A DNA stretch of 64,000 nt from Podarcis filfolensis (taxonomy: Eukaryota), in assembly GCA_964270895.1 (NCBI GenBank), contig OZ185438.1; one strand, written 5' to 3'. Of this stretch, positions 21,901 to 33,873 are shown one piece after another. Under the pieces are notes generated by a model. The model made no database searches, was not told the origin of the DNA, and saw only the letters and a list, made by a program, of their open reading frames with translations. The first letter of the stretch is position 1, and every line of letters starts with the position of its first letter. The position numbers were made by a program, and so were the translations under genes.

Positions 21901-24900
21901 AGAATGCTGACAATTCTGTATTGGTTGTTCAACAGCATGGAATATCTCAAGATGCATCTACCTAGAAGCTGAGATATTTTATCTGTTCTTTGAAGAATTT
22001 GTCACTTGTCAGATTAGTTACCATACAGTTCAACTGCTTGTTTGATTTAGAGTCAGAAACTGAGGTTTGGGAGGTTGGGAATGGCATAATCTTCTTTGGT
22101 CTTGTTTAATGAGATTGGTTTTGTGGTGGTCTAACCAGAGAAACTTCTTAAAAGGCTTGAGGGAACAGGTGTGACTTGACTCTCATTTATTGATGCTCAA
22201 AAATCCTAGCTTCGAGACACCAAAATCTTAACGGGCTTTTGTACTTGGAATCAGTGTCCCATGTAAGATGTACTGGATCAAAATCCAGTTTCATTTTATC
22301 CATCATAAAGTTATATATCAAAACAGTGGACAGTTCAATGCAAAGTCTGAAAATAATAGAAAGTAGAAAGTGATCTGAAGTACTACATACCTCTGAGCCA
22401 AAATTTGAAAACAGGCATATTGAATATATTGAATATATATTGAATATATATTGAATATATTGCCATACAGCTACAGAAGGCAAATTTAACTCCTCCCAAA
22501 GCAGAGGAAATATATTTCTCAATACAGTGAGATAGACAACAGATTCCTTTGGCTATTCAGCCCCATTCAACATTCCTTAGGAATTTCTGGGTTATTACAT
22601 AGAGCCAGCCCCATATGTGAAAAGAAATTCAAACCCACCCAGGCAAATATGGATCAATTTCCATGTTGTTCAAGTAACTTTGGGTTAATACTTGTCTACG
22701 TGGGTTTGAGTCTACATGCATATATGGGGCTGACTCTTTGGAAGAACTTCGGAGACTGTGATCAGATAGTTCTTCTGATGGAAGGAAACACGATAATATA
22801 AGATGATAAAAGTTCCCCAAATCAACTGGCAGCTGGAGATTTTGACACCCAGTTGCTGGTATTCCTCAGTGCCCCATTTATGAAGTAAAATATGGTAACA
22901 TAACATCTTGGGTTTTCCCATGGTTCCATAAACTCTAAAATGACTGAGCATCCTCTTTGACAGGATCTTCTTCATGAAGTCCTTAAAGAGTTCACTCATG
23001 CGTCAGTTTAAATGTGCATTTGAGGCAGCTCCTTGATACATGTTTCAAGGGAGGCCATTGCTTGACTAACAGCTTCTGAGTTGGAACAGTGTAGTTCTTT
23101 TTTATATAATGTTTCACTGGCTAATTGTTTTTTTAAAAATCTAATTAAAGTAAGTGGAAAGGCTTAGTTCTTGTGACTACACAGTTGCTTCACCTCCATG
23201 CCAAACTCCACTCTGTTACCTAACAACACATATCTATAATGTTTGTGTGTTTTATTTGAGGATTTAAGAAAATCATGGGTCCCAATAGATAAGTTGCTGC
23301 TAATAAAAGGGTTATCATAAGGGACAAGAACATTCACCTTATGCAGCGCACTAGATATGTTTCCAGCCATTCTAACTTAAAATATACAGGACTCTAAGGC
23401 AGGTTCACTTGGAAATCTGGTGCAGAATACTTACTGTGCTAGTGAAAGAGTAAATGTATGCTGGTGTGTTGCTCAAACATTCAAATGAAACTTGGGGAAA
23501 CAATGTTTCCATTGGGCTTCTGTGCCCTAGATGGGTCCAGTGTTTATGTCAACCTAAGCACGTAATCACTTGTTGCTCTAAAACATTGCTCTCACTGTAT
23601 TCTTTGGGATGATAGTCTAAAGACATTAATTTTCTCTTGTCACATGCATTGTTTACATCAAAGTGTAAAATGCACAGCACAGATTAAATTTATGCAAATG
23701 ATATATCTTGCATTGTAAGGTTTCCCCTTGTTTTTCTTAAAAGGACATTGCAAACTAAAGTGGTTTGTTTTGGGGGTAGTTGGGAAGAAAGCATTATCCT
23801 TCTTCAGTTCCCCTCATTTGTCAAAAAGAAGACATTAAGGGGGGGAAATAAATTAACCTGATCTGATCACAGCAGCAAGAGTGACCCTTGCATCTATAAA
23901 TTTTTATCAGGAAAATTGCCCCTGTAGGGAGTCAGATTAAAGGGGAAGCTTAAATTCACACAGGATATATTGCATTTTCTTTACATTGATAATTGTACTG
24001 TTCAACGTGACATAGATTCCAACTGCTGAGTTAAGTGTGTGCCTGTTAGAAAAACCCATTAAAGCAGAATAGTAAAAAGCATGGGCACCAACCCTGTACA
24101 CAGCGTGGCAGCCGTGCACTGCCAGCTGCTAGGAAAGCCCACTGATTCTGCAGCTTGTCTGGACCTGGAAAGACAAGGGATCAAGTATGTGGATGCAAGG
24201 AAAAGCCAGGTACAGAAGCTGCTAGTTGACAGGTCTGCTGTGCCGGAATAGTTTGTTAGAGCACGTTCACTCAAAGCCATGTGCCATTTGTTTATACTAC
24301 TTTGATTGATTAATGGTAGACTTGGGGGGGGGGTGTCTTGAGCTTTATAAAATGCCTGAGTTTTTACAATTCTAAAGTGGGATGCTGTGCAGATAAGTAT
24401 GGAGGAAAGCATCTTATGGTGGAAAATGCAGAAATTAAGAATGGTGAGCATAGCACTAAAATGGCATGTGGAAATTGTTTTATGCCTTGTTGCTTTAGGA
24501 TGATTTCTTCCTCCGCAACTCATTACCTGCAGCTGTATGGCAGACCCATGGGAAGTGCAGCTTAACATGGGCAGGGCAGCATGTGGGGAGAAATTACTCT
24601 CCCTGTGCACTACAAACTCCATCAGAATTGTTTTCCCTTCATATTTGCATTGCAAATTGGCTGCGGTGGAACATTTGAGAAGCCACAAGGAGAACCAAGT
24701 GACTGGCAGGTGGCCCACATGTTGCCTACAGATTGCATGCAGTGGCCATATCCCCCACTCTCTGTACTCCCCAACACCGCCATCTGAACATTCAGCTGGG
24801 ATGTAAAGGGGCCCTCTGCGCACACAGTAAAAATCCTTCACATGTCAGCTGAATGCCTGGATGGCAGGAGTGTGTCTTCCATAAGGGGAAGCTAGTGTCA

Positions 24901-25777
24901 TGGCCCCCCCTCACATTTGAGGGCATTCATCTGAACCCTTTAATGATAGCATAAAAAAGAGTCTTCCTCTCACAAATACTTAAACACACTTACATGCACA
25001 CAATACCCAGAGCTGCATATGCGATGGGCTGATCCTACACTCACTCATTAAAAAAAAAACTGCCTCTGCTCAATCTCCTTTTTGCATCTTGATCCTCAGA
25101 AGCTTTTGGGTGGAAGCAAAGAGTCTGCAGTGGGGGAGGAGGGAATGGGGAATTCCTCTTCTGCAAGCATCCTTGTACTCATGCAGTATTGGATCCCACT
25201 CATGTTAGGCTCTTTTAGTCCAACTGTGGTCATTGGAATTTATGCAGGAGTTTCTTTTTCTTCACTTGGAAGTCTGGGCACATTTATTCTAGTGTTATTC
25301 CCTCTACAGTATTTCCTTGTGAAGGACAGCATCAAGGTCTTTTCAAAACAATGTAGTTAACATTACCAGCTATCTTGTTTCCTGGCTTTTATTTTTTAAG
25401 TTTGCTTCTACTTTGCTGACAGTATTAGGTTATGTTGATTGCCCTTCTAATATGCCTATTAATCATTGCAAATATTATGCTTAAAAAGCAAAAAAAGATG
25501 TTATGTCTTTAGTGATAATGGCTGATACACAGTTTAGGACACTATTTCATGCACAGACTCCCCAGTTCACTTGTTTACAGTGTCTAATGGGTCATGAAAA
25601 ATTTATCCTGCTCAGTTATTCTTTTCATCCCTTCATCTCATATTGACAGTAGTTGGTAGTCTGAAATTTTCATAGTGTATTTTTATGCGATTGATTATTG
25701 CAAATGATACCCTCCAAAAAGAGCCAGCATGGATGTGAACAGTTGTCAGATTTATTCTTACGTTTTTTTAAAAAAAT

Positions 25778-27337
25778 AAAATACACAAACCAGGAAATCC
25801 AGGACGCCCCATAATTTCAGGTATTGGCACTATTACAGTGGGTGTCTCTGGTTATATGGACTCTGTTCTGAAACCATATGCCATCAGTGCTCCCAGCTAT
25901 GTACGTGACACCACAGATTTTCTGAGGAAAATACAATCTTTAAATAATCTTCCCAACAACACTATACTAGCTACTATGGATGTGGAATCTCTGTATACCA
26001 ACATCCCACACAAAGATGGTTTACAAGCTATAAGGAACACCATTTCAGATAAAACCACAGCGGACTTTGCCACCAAACTCTGCCAATTTGTCCTTACCCA
26101 CAACAACTTCAAATTCGGTGATGACCTGTTCCTTCAGATCAGCGGCACAGCAATGGGCACCCGCATGGCCCCACAGTATGCCAACATCTTCATGGCAGAT
26201 TTAGAACAACGTTTCCTAAACTCCTACCCACTCAAACCTCTCTTGTACCTGCGATACATTGACGATATTTTTATCATCTGGACACATGGTCAACAGACCC
26301 TGGACACCTTCCACCAGAAATTCAATGATTTTCACCCCACAATCAACCTAACAATGAATCAATCTATGCAAGAAATACATTTTTTGGACACTACTATAAA
26401 AATACAGGATGGACGCATAGACACCACCTTATACCGTAAACCAACTGACCGACAAACATATCTACATGCCTCTAGCTACCATCCCAAACATACCAAACAG
26501 TCCATTGTATATAGCCAGGCACTACGTTACAGCCGTATCTGTTCCAATTCTACAGACAGAGACTCTCACCTAAGAGATCTACAGCAAACCTTTTTAGAAC
26601 TAAAATACCCAGCAGATGAAGTTAGACAACAGATCAGCAGAGCCAGACAGATACCCAGAGAGAACTTGCTGCAAGACAGACCCAAAAAAGAAAATAACAG
26701 AACACCTCTAGTCATCACATACAGCTCCCAAGTTAAAACAGTACAACGCATCATCAGAGATCTACAACCTCTCCTGGACAATGACAGTTCTCTTTCTCAA
26801 GCTCTGGGAGGAAGACCTTTCATTGCCTACAGACAGCCACCCAATCTTAAACAACTCCTAACCCACAATAATACTACAACCAGACGTAACGCGGACACTG
26901 GCACCAGAGCCTGCAATAAACCCAGATGCCAACTTTGCTGCCACATACACCCGGACAACACCATTACTGGCCCCAACAACATCACACATACCATCTCGGG
27001 ACTATTTAATTGCTCATTGTCTAACATTGTATATGCCATCAAATGCCAACAGTGTCCTTCAGCTCTCTATATTGGACAAACAGGCCAAACCTTACGCCAA
27101 AGAATAAACGGACATAAATCAGACATCAAGAATCACAAGACAGAGAAACCAGTAGGAGAACACTTCAATCTCCCAGGACATTCTATACAAGATCTCAAAG
27201 TAGCTGTATTACTACAAAGGAATTTCAGAAATAGACTGGAAAGAGAAGCTGCTGAATTGCAACTCATTACCAAACTTAAAACCATGGAGAGACCTGGTCT
27301 GAACAAAGACATTGGATTCTTATCTCATTATACATGA
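25778..27337 (+). CDS. Penelope-like reverse transcriptase / GIY-YIG endonuclease (5'-truncated, no true start)
   Basis: Stop-free frame from KIHKPGNPGRPIISG. RT motifs TMDVESLYTNIP, QISGTAMGTRMAPQYANIFM and RYIDDIF; Cys linker CNKPRCQLC; GIY-YIG region NIVYAIKCQQCPSALYIGQTG...RQRINGH...HF...REAAE. Confidence 0.9.
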   Translation, partial: KIHKPGNPGRPIISGIGTITVGVSGYMDSVLKPYAISAPSYVRDTTDFLRKIQSLNNLPNNTILATMDVESLYTNIPHKDGLQAIRNTISDKTTADFATKLCQFVLTHNNFKFGDDLFLQISGTAMGTRMAPQYANIFMADLEQRFLNSYPLKPLLYLRYIDDIFIIWTHGQQTLDTFHQKFNDFHPTINLTMNQSMQEIHFLDTTIKIQDGRIDTTLYRKPTDRQTYLHASSYHPKHTKQSIVYSQALRYSRICSNSTDRDSHLRDLQQTFLELKYPADEVRQQISRARQIPRENLLQDRPKKENNRTPLVITYSSQVKTVQRIIRDLQPLLDNDSSLSQALGGRPFIAYRQPPNLKQLLTHNNTTTRRNADTGTRACNKPRCQLCCHIHPDNTITGPNNITHTISGLFNCSLSNIVYAIKCQQCPSALYIGQTGQTLRQRINGHKSDIKNHKTEKPVGEHFNLPGHSIQDLKVAVLLQRNFRNRLEREAAELQLITKLKTMERPGLNKDIGFLSHYT

Positions 27338-27517
27338 CAAAGCCATTTTTCACCTTCTCACCCCTTGCTTTTTCCTGTAAGACCTATTGCAGTCGTTAAG
27401 AGTCGTCAACAGGCTCATCACAGCTATCTGCCAATCACCCATTCCCACCACCCTTCTGAGTAATACCCCTCCCCACCTTCTCACTATATAGAAGGATCTG
27501 GCAACTTCTGTTTCAGT

Positions 27518-27555
27518 GTATCTGAAGAAGTGTGCATGCACACGAAAGCTCATAC
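27518..27555 (+). ncRNA. Minimal type I hammerhead ribozyme
   Basis: Stem I GTAT/ATAC, core CTGAAGA plus an extra A, palindromic stem II GTGTGCATGCACAC, GAAA, minimal palindromic stem III AGCT; predicted cleavage after C27551. Confidence 0.75.
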
Positions 27556-27927
27556 CAAGAACTAACTTAGTTGGTCTTTAAGGTGCTACTGGAAGGAAAA
27601 ATTTTTTTTTGTTTTTAAAAATAAGAATCAATGCACATATAGGCTGAAGAAGGATGTAATACAAAAATGGGATTTTGCTTACAGTATGTCCGCAGCACAG
27701 TATGTCCACGAGACAATGCTTACAACTTCACTCTCAGAAGAGCATACCAGGAAATAAAATTGTTCTTTTGCCTGTCTTGTCCAGTGTCTCCAATGGACTC
27801 CTGCTTCCCTTAGTAGGCTTGCATTCTTGCCATTATCACCACTGTCCATTCAGTTGCCCTCTCTCTCTGGGTGGAATCCACAGCACTGCCACTCACTTCT
27901 CTTGTTCTTTTCCCTGATCATATACCA

Positions 27928-28112
27928 AAGGCTGTACCTTTGCATCCACTTTGCATTCAGAAGGTCTCAGGTTCAATCTCCAACATCTCCAGATAGGGCT
28001 GGGAGAGACCCTTGTCCAAAATCTCAGAGAGCTTCTGCTCGCCAGCATAGCCAGTTTGAACTAGATGAGCCAATTGTCTGACTCAGTAGAAGGCAGCTTC
28101 TTACGTTCCTAT
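27928..28112 (+). mobile_element. tRNA-derived SINE (GCAGCTTC...GTTCCTAT tail)
   Basis: TTTGCATTCAGAAGGTCTCAGGTTCAATC tRNA-like head and a tail shared with the copies at 7751, 46859 and 48043. Confidence 0.7.
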
Positions 28113-28427
28113 CTGAGTGAACAAGCAGGATGGGCTTACACTGCAGCCAAAGAATGTGCCTTTGTTTTATCATATAGCTGTGTCAGATGAGTAGGCGCAG
28201 TTGGAGATCCTGGTTACCTTTCTATATCATTCTTGTTTTTTAAAATGTATGTGCCTTTTTAGGTGGACATAACATTCCTGTATACAGTTCCATTCTTTTA
28301 TGAGGTTGCATGCAAAAGGTGTATAGCCATTGTGTACTAACAGGGTAGGCAGAAAACAGAAAAGTTTAGAAAATTATTAATAATATTTTTATCCTGTTCA
28401 AATTGCTCAGGGCAGATTCCCTCTCTA

Positions 28428-29686
28428 TTGTTGTTGTTTAGTCATTTAATCGTGTCCGACTCTTTGTGACCCCATGGACCAGAGCACGCCAGGCACTCCT
28501 GTCTTCCACTGCCTCCTGCAGTTTGGTCAGACTCATGTTTGTAGCTTCGAGAACACTGTCCAACCATCTCGTCCTCTGTCGTCCCCTTCTCCTTGTGCCC
28601 TCAATCTTTCCCAACACCAGGGTCTTTTCCAGGGAGTCTTCTCTTCTCATGACGTAGCCAAAGTATTGGAGCCTCAGCTTCAGGATCTGTTGTTCCATTG
28701 AGCACTCAGGGCTGATTTCCTTAAGAATGGAGAGGTTTGATCTTCTTGCAGACCATGGGACTCTCAAGAGTCTCCTCCAGCACCATAATTCAAAAGCATC
28801 AATTCTTCGGCAATCAGCCTTCTATATGGTCCAGCTCTCACTTCCATACATCACTATTGGGAAAACCATAGCTTTAACTATACAGACCTTTGTCAGCAAG
28901 GTGATGTCCCTGCTTTTAAAGATGCTGTCTAGGTTTGTCATTGCTTTTCTCCCAAGAAGCAGGCATCTTTTAATTTCGTGACTGCTGTCACCATCTGCAG
29001 TGATCAGATGCCCAAGAAAGTAAAATCTCTTACTGCCTCCATTTCTTCCCCTTCTATTTGCCAGGAGGTGATGGGCCCAGTGGCTATGATCTTCGGTTTT
29101 TTTTGATGTTGAGCTTCAGACCATATTTTGTGCTCTCCTCTTTCCTCTCCCTTATTAAAAGGTTCTTTAATTCCTCCTCACTTTCTGCCATCAAGGTTGT
29201 GTCATCTGCATATCTGAGGTTGTTGATATTTCTTCTGGCAATCTTAATTCTGGTTTGGGATTCATCCAGCCCAGCCTTTCGCATGATGAATTCTGCATAT
29301 AAGTTAAATAAGCAGGGAGATAATATACAGCCTTGTCGTACTCCTTTCCCAATTTTGAACCAATCAGTTGTTCCATATCCAGTTCTAACTGTAGCTTCTT
29401 GTCCCACATAGAGATTTCTCCGGAGACAGATGAGGTAATCAGGCACTCCCATTTCTTTAAGAACTTGCCATAGTTTGCTGTGGTCGACACAGTCAAAGGC
29501 TTTGCATAGTCAATGAAGCAGACGTAGATGTCTTTCTGGAACTCTCTAGCTTTCTCCATAATCCAGCGCATGTTTGCAATTTGGTCTCTGGTTCCTCTGC
29601 CCCTTCAAAATCCAGCTTGCACTTCTGGGAGTTCTCGGTCCACATACTGCTTAAGCCTGCCTTGTAGAATTTTAAGCATAACCTTG
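28428..29686 (-). mobile_element. BovB (RTE clade) LINE, 5'-truncated and frameshifted
   Basis: (CAA)n tail. Minus-strand ORF pieces RWIMEKAREFQKDIY, GVRQGCILSPCLFNLY, NNLRYADDTTL and C-terminal WRALVHGVTKSRTRLND, spread over different frames. Confidence 0.95.
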
Positions 29687-29800
29687 TAGGTTAGGCTGAT
29701 AGATAGCTACTAGGCTGAGGTTACCTAGTAAGTTTGGTGGCTTAGTGTATATTTGAGCCCTGGGTTTCCACTTTTAAGACTAGTATGCTAACTGCTACTT
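29687..29800 (-). mobile_element. 5' half of an old MIR/Squam3-like SINE split by the BovB
   Basis: GTAGGTTAGGCTGA...AGGTTACCTAGTAAG...TTTGAGCCCTGG resumes at the BovB truncation point; a tail-like remnant lies at about 28373-28427. Confidence 0.45.
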
Positions 29801-30976
29801 GGAATCTAACTTGGACCACAGCTGCAGGGAAATATAATGCAGATAACTTATAAAATGAATGCATAAGGCAGTCTTTACTAACCTAATGCCCTCCAGACGC
29901 TTTGGATTATAGTTAAAGCCTTATGTAAGTGTGGCTTTTACAATAAAAATAAGACAGCCTTTTAAAGAAAAACTAAAAGACATACTGTGATTGTCCTGGA
30001 CTTTTATGTGTCAGGCATTGATGAGGTATTGCCTTAAAGAAAATACTTCTTTTTATATCATGAAAGCTTCCTTGCTTCCTGATAAAGTGAAAATTGGAGT
30101 GACTGAAAGTATCAAATGCTTTATTTTGGTACCATGTATGATAACTTGGCAGTATTATTTGATTATAAGCCTGACTGCTGTCAACAAGAATTGATAGTGT
30201 AAGGAACACAAATCCGAAGAAACACAAAAGCCAATTTCCACTTAGGCTGAGTATTTTGTAACTTAGAATAGATGCCTTGGAAAGCACCAGGATAAGATAC
30301 CTAGGAGAATATTCAGATACTGACAATGCTCATAAGCAATACTGATTCTGCTGGGAATAGTGTGCTATAAGGTCAGGGACTTTGAGGGAAAGGATGATAA
30401 TGATGAAAGCCTGAGAGTCCTCATGCCCCTGAGTGTGTGACTTAATCCCAGTCCACTGGCTGGTTAGTTTGCTCAAAGTCCCTGGGACCTCTGCCTGAAG
30501 CAAAATGCCAGTTTCGCCAGCAATATAAAGTCGCATCTCCAAACTGGAACAGTACAAGTGGGGTCACTATGAAAAAGGTGAAAACATTCATCCAGCCAGT
30601 GTCAGTAGGAAGCTTAGCCGAAAATGTATTCCTGTCTCTGAAACCAGCAGCAGCCAGCCCAAGGATTTGTGAATTAGAAGTGTATCACAAGGATGAAAGT
30701 CAATGAGGACTGAGGTCACGCAGAGCCGTTAGGCAGATTGAAAGGAAGAATAGTTTCTCCTGATGTTTCCCCAGGAACTCGTACCTTCCCCTTCCCCAGC
30801 CAGGGCCACTTGAGGGCAAGGCAATTCTGTGCAATGTTAACAGCCATCCCTTCATTCCCAGAAAGCCCAGAAGGTTAGTCAAAGATGAGGGAAATCAGCC
30901 CAGCTGTTTCTCCCTTCTCCCCTGTGCAGGAAACTAAACTGCCACCAAACCAAATGTGTGACACACTCATATAATT

Positions 30977-31625
30977 GTTGGCATCTGTCTGTCTCAAGAG
31001 ACAATGTATAGTGTGCCTCTGGGAGTGAAGTCAGACTGCTGCATTAGCAGCACCAAAGTGACCTCACTGGGGCACAAGCCTGGGCAGTGTGTATAAAGGT
31101 CCTGGGCTGACCAGATGACAAAGCCTCCCTCACAGCCTTGCTGATGTGGTCCAAAGGAAAGCAGAGCATTACGTTTGGCACCAACTTTGTTGCAGAAGTT
31201 GCCGGAAAAAGGCGTACAGAGTCACAACTGTCTTAGGGACTCCACTCTAGATCTGTGTAGAGTTTACTCCTTAGCCTTTTCTTCTCCTAAAGATACCCTA
31301 CAAGGCAGCATGGGTTTAGGATCAAAGTTTTCCTTTCCAGGTAGATGGGCTACCTTTCCAGGTTGATGACCCCTATCTACCCCTCATTTCCCGCTACAGC
31401 ATGTACAGAAGCAGCCTTCTTGACCATTGGATCTATTATTGGTCATGTCTGCTCAATCCACCAGAGCCTGCTTTGCATGCAGGGAAAGTCCTTAACTCAT
31501 TGTTTGAGACCCATCGGCTTTCCTCACCTGGTTTAGCTGGCCAGTCAAAACCATTCCTGGGGTGCGGCTGCTATTGCATGCTGAAAGCTTCTAGGAGCCA
31601 CAGGTAAGAGCTCAGTGCAGGACCA
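30977..31625 (-). mobile_element. Non-autonomous RTE-like element / RTE 5'UTR-like fragment
   Basis: Recognised by eye: GGTTTAGGATCAAAGTTTTCCTT...AGATGGGCTACCTTTCCAGGTTGATGACCCC resembles RTE 5'UTR sequence; CAACAA-type end on the minus strand; no intact ORF. Confidence 0.45.
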
Positions 31626-33835
31626 AAGGTGGGCAAACTATACCAGAAGGAGCATGGTGTCCCCCCCACCACCAGAGGTACTACCCCTCCCCTAACACCC
31701 CAATCTTATATAACTAACTTCGGGAAAGTAGTAAAATGACACATTAAAGTTCTGTGTGGGCTGGGGCATTGCAAGGTACTTAAAAGGCTTGGGGATAGGC
31801 CCATGATACATGCTAATATATATATTCAAGCTAACAATCAGGGTGCAAATTCATAGAGGGGGGAAAGCTCCTGACTGTATGGGCTCACATTCAGCTGTGG
31901 GGTGCTAAGAGGGTTTTTTGAGCCCAGTATACTATGCCCTCCAGCCCACCTGCAATCTGTTGTCAAGACGCACTGCTTGCATACAGAATGAAACTGAAAG
32001 AAATGCCTCTGGGCACAAATTAAGTAACTGGGTGGCTGAGGTTTTGCCTACACTGTGCTTTGTAGCACACCCCGTAAGGAAAGTAAGTAACAGAAACAAT
32101 TTTAAGTTTTAAAAAAGGAGAGGCTGGAGATCTGGGGCCCAGCATGAAAGACTTAGGGCTCAGTCCCCCCTGGGCCACCTCCTCTCAATGCCTCTGTGTG
32201 CAGGTGTTGCAAACTTAGGAAAAATGGTTTATTTGTCCTTCTGATGGAGTCTACTTACATTGATAATGGTAATATATAACTTTTAGCAATGCATTAATAA
32301 AGAAAGAAAAACAATGGCGTGTGATTCATTTCAGCCTTCTGTGTAATGAAAACATACAGAAACAGAGGATAATTGAAGATGTTCATGACTTAAACATGAT
32401 TTGAGGTTGGTTTTCTAAATAGTTGGTATTGGGAAAACTAATTTCCTCCCTGTTGGTAACACTCCCCCCCCCCCGAAAAAGCCCTCATTCTCTTCAGTAC
32501 CAAGTCAAAACTGCAATATGCATTTATGTGTTTCGCTTTCATGCCCCCTTTCCTTATTCAGTTTGGAATTTATATTCTAGGCAGAAGCTTCTCTCTAACA
32601 TTGACATTCCCTTAGGCACTGCTGCTCTCTGATCATGGTTAACCTTCAAAATGTTTTTAAAGATCTGATTTCATATTTCCTACTACTGTGTTGGTTTTTA
32701 ATACTTGTGTCCAGAGGTGAAGTACAAATTTGTTTTAGGGTCACTTAAGGGGGGCAAAATTGATTAAGAAATTGTATCTGAGATTGTGTGAATTATTGGG
32801 CTTCATTGCAAAATATTAGTGCAATAGAACTAAAGAAGTTAAAAACAACCATCACCCTTCTGTCACATTAAACATTAAAACAGAAAAACTAGTTGCTCTT
32901 AAAACAAACTCTGTCAGCCAGCAACACTGCAATGAGGAAGACTCTAAGGCCTGAGTGAATAGATATATCTTTGACTTGTGTCAAAACCTCACTAATGAAA
33001 GGGTTTTATGCAACTCAAGGGACTGGGAGCTCCAAAGATGGGGGTACTATAGTTCTATTCAGTTATTCTTGTCCTCAAGCAATGATGGGGAAAGCAGGGG
33101 CATACCCACTGGACCTCCTCCCTCTGTTACAGCCCAGTCACTCACCTCACTACCATGTAGTACCACAGCGAAGGTCTACAGACCTTTGCCCTCTGACATA
33201 TGGGTCCGGCAGTAGGGCCGAAATGGATGGAAAAGGACCAGCACACCCACCCTTGCTCTCAGCCTCATGCAGTTCTAACATCTGCATAGGGCTTGTGGCT
33301 CTGTTCACACAACCCTCCAAAACATTTGGAGAACTGGAAACAAACCATAGGTTTGCACACTCCCTCTTCTTTATGTGTGGTTTCACTTTTATCTTGCAGT
33401 TTCCGTTCACCTCCATTGTCAAAATACAGTAGGTGCTTTCTCCTCCAACCAAAATGGGAACCAATAGTTTGAAGCTGGTTTCCAGTTCTGCGTTTGAGTA
33501 CAAGCTAATGTTAGCGTTAACAGAAGACTGAAAGTGAAGCTCAGTGAGAGGAAAGGACCTTTCAAATAGTCCTCCACAGTTTGGAGGATTGGCTGAATTG
33601 AGCCACTGTATGCATATATGCATATACGCATAACATGAACTATGAAACCATGTTTCTGCTGTTGTGGGCAGTCACCTACTTCCTCTGTATAGCTGGTGTA
33701 GGCTCCTTTTTCCAGAAGACCATAGCCCATGCTATTTTGTTGCTGTCCCAGGGCGACAATAGAAAAACACAGCTTAAGGGCACATGCTAAAAAATGAATC
33801 TTTAAGAAAAGCAAAGGAGGTGTGGGTTGGTGGGT

Positions 33836-33837
<2 letters not shown>

Positions 33838-33870
<33 letters not shown>
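33838..33870. repeat. (AC)n microsatellite
   Basis: About 16 perfect AC units. Confidence 0.95.

Positions 33871-33873
<3 letters not shown>

Larger units (their letters stand above)
25778..27616 (+). mobile_element. Penelope-like retroelement (Neptune-type), 5'-truncated
   Basis: RT + GIY-YIG ORF, then a 3' region with a TATA-like CTATATAG (27484) and a hammerhead ribozyme. TTTTTAAAAA-type sequence on both flanks. Confidence 0.95.

Noticed and set aside
24059-24841. 260-aa minus-strand ORF with overlapping ORFs in other frames
   Set aside because: No domain, composition like random sequence, and it overlaps decayed repeats.
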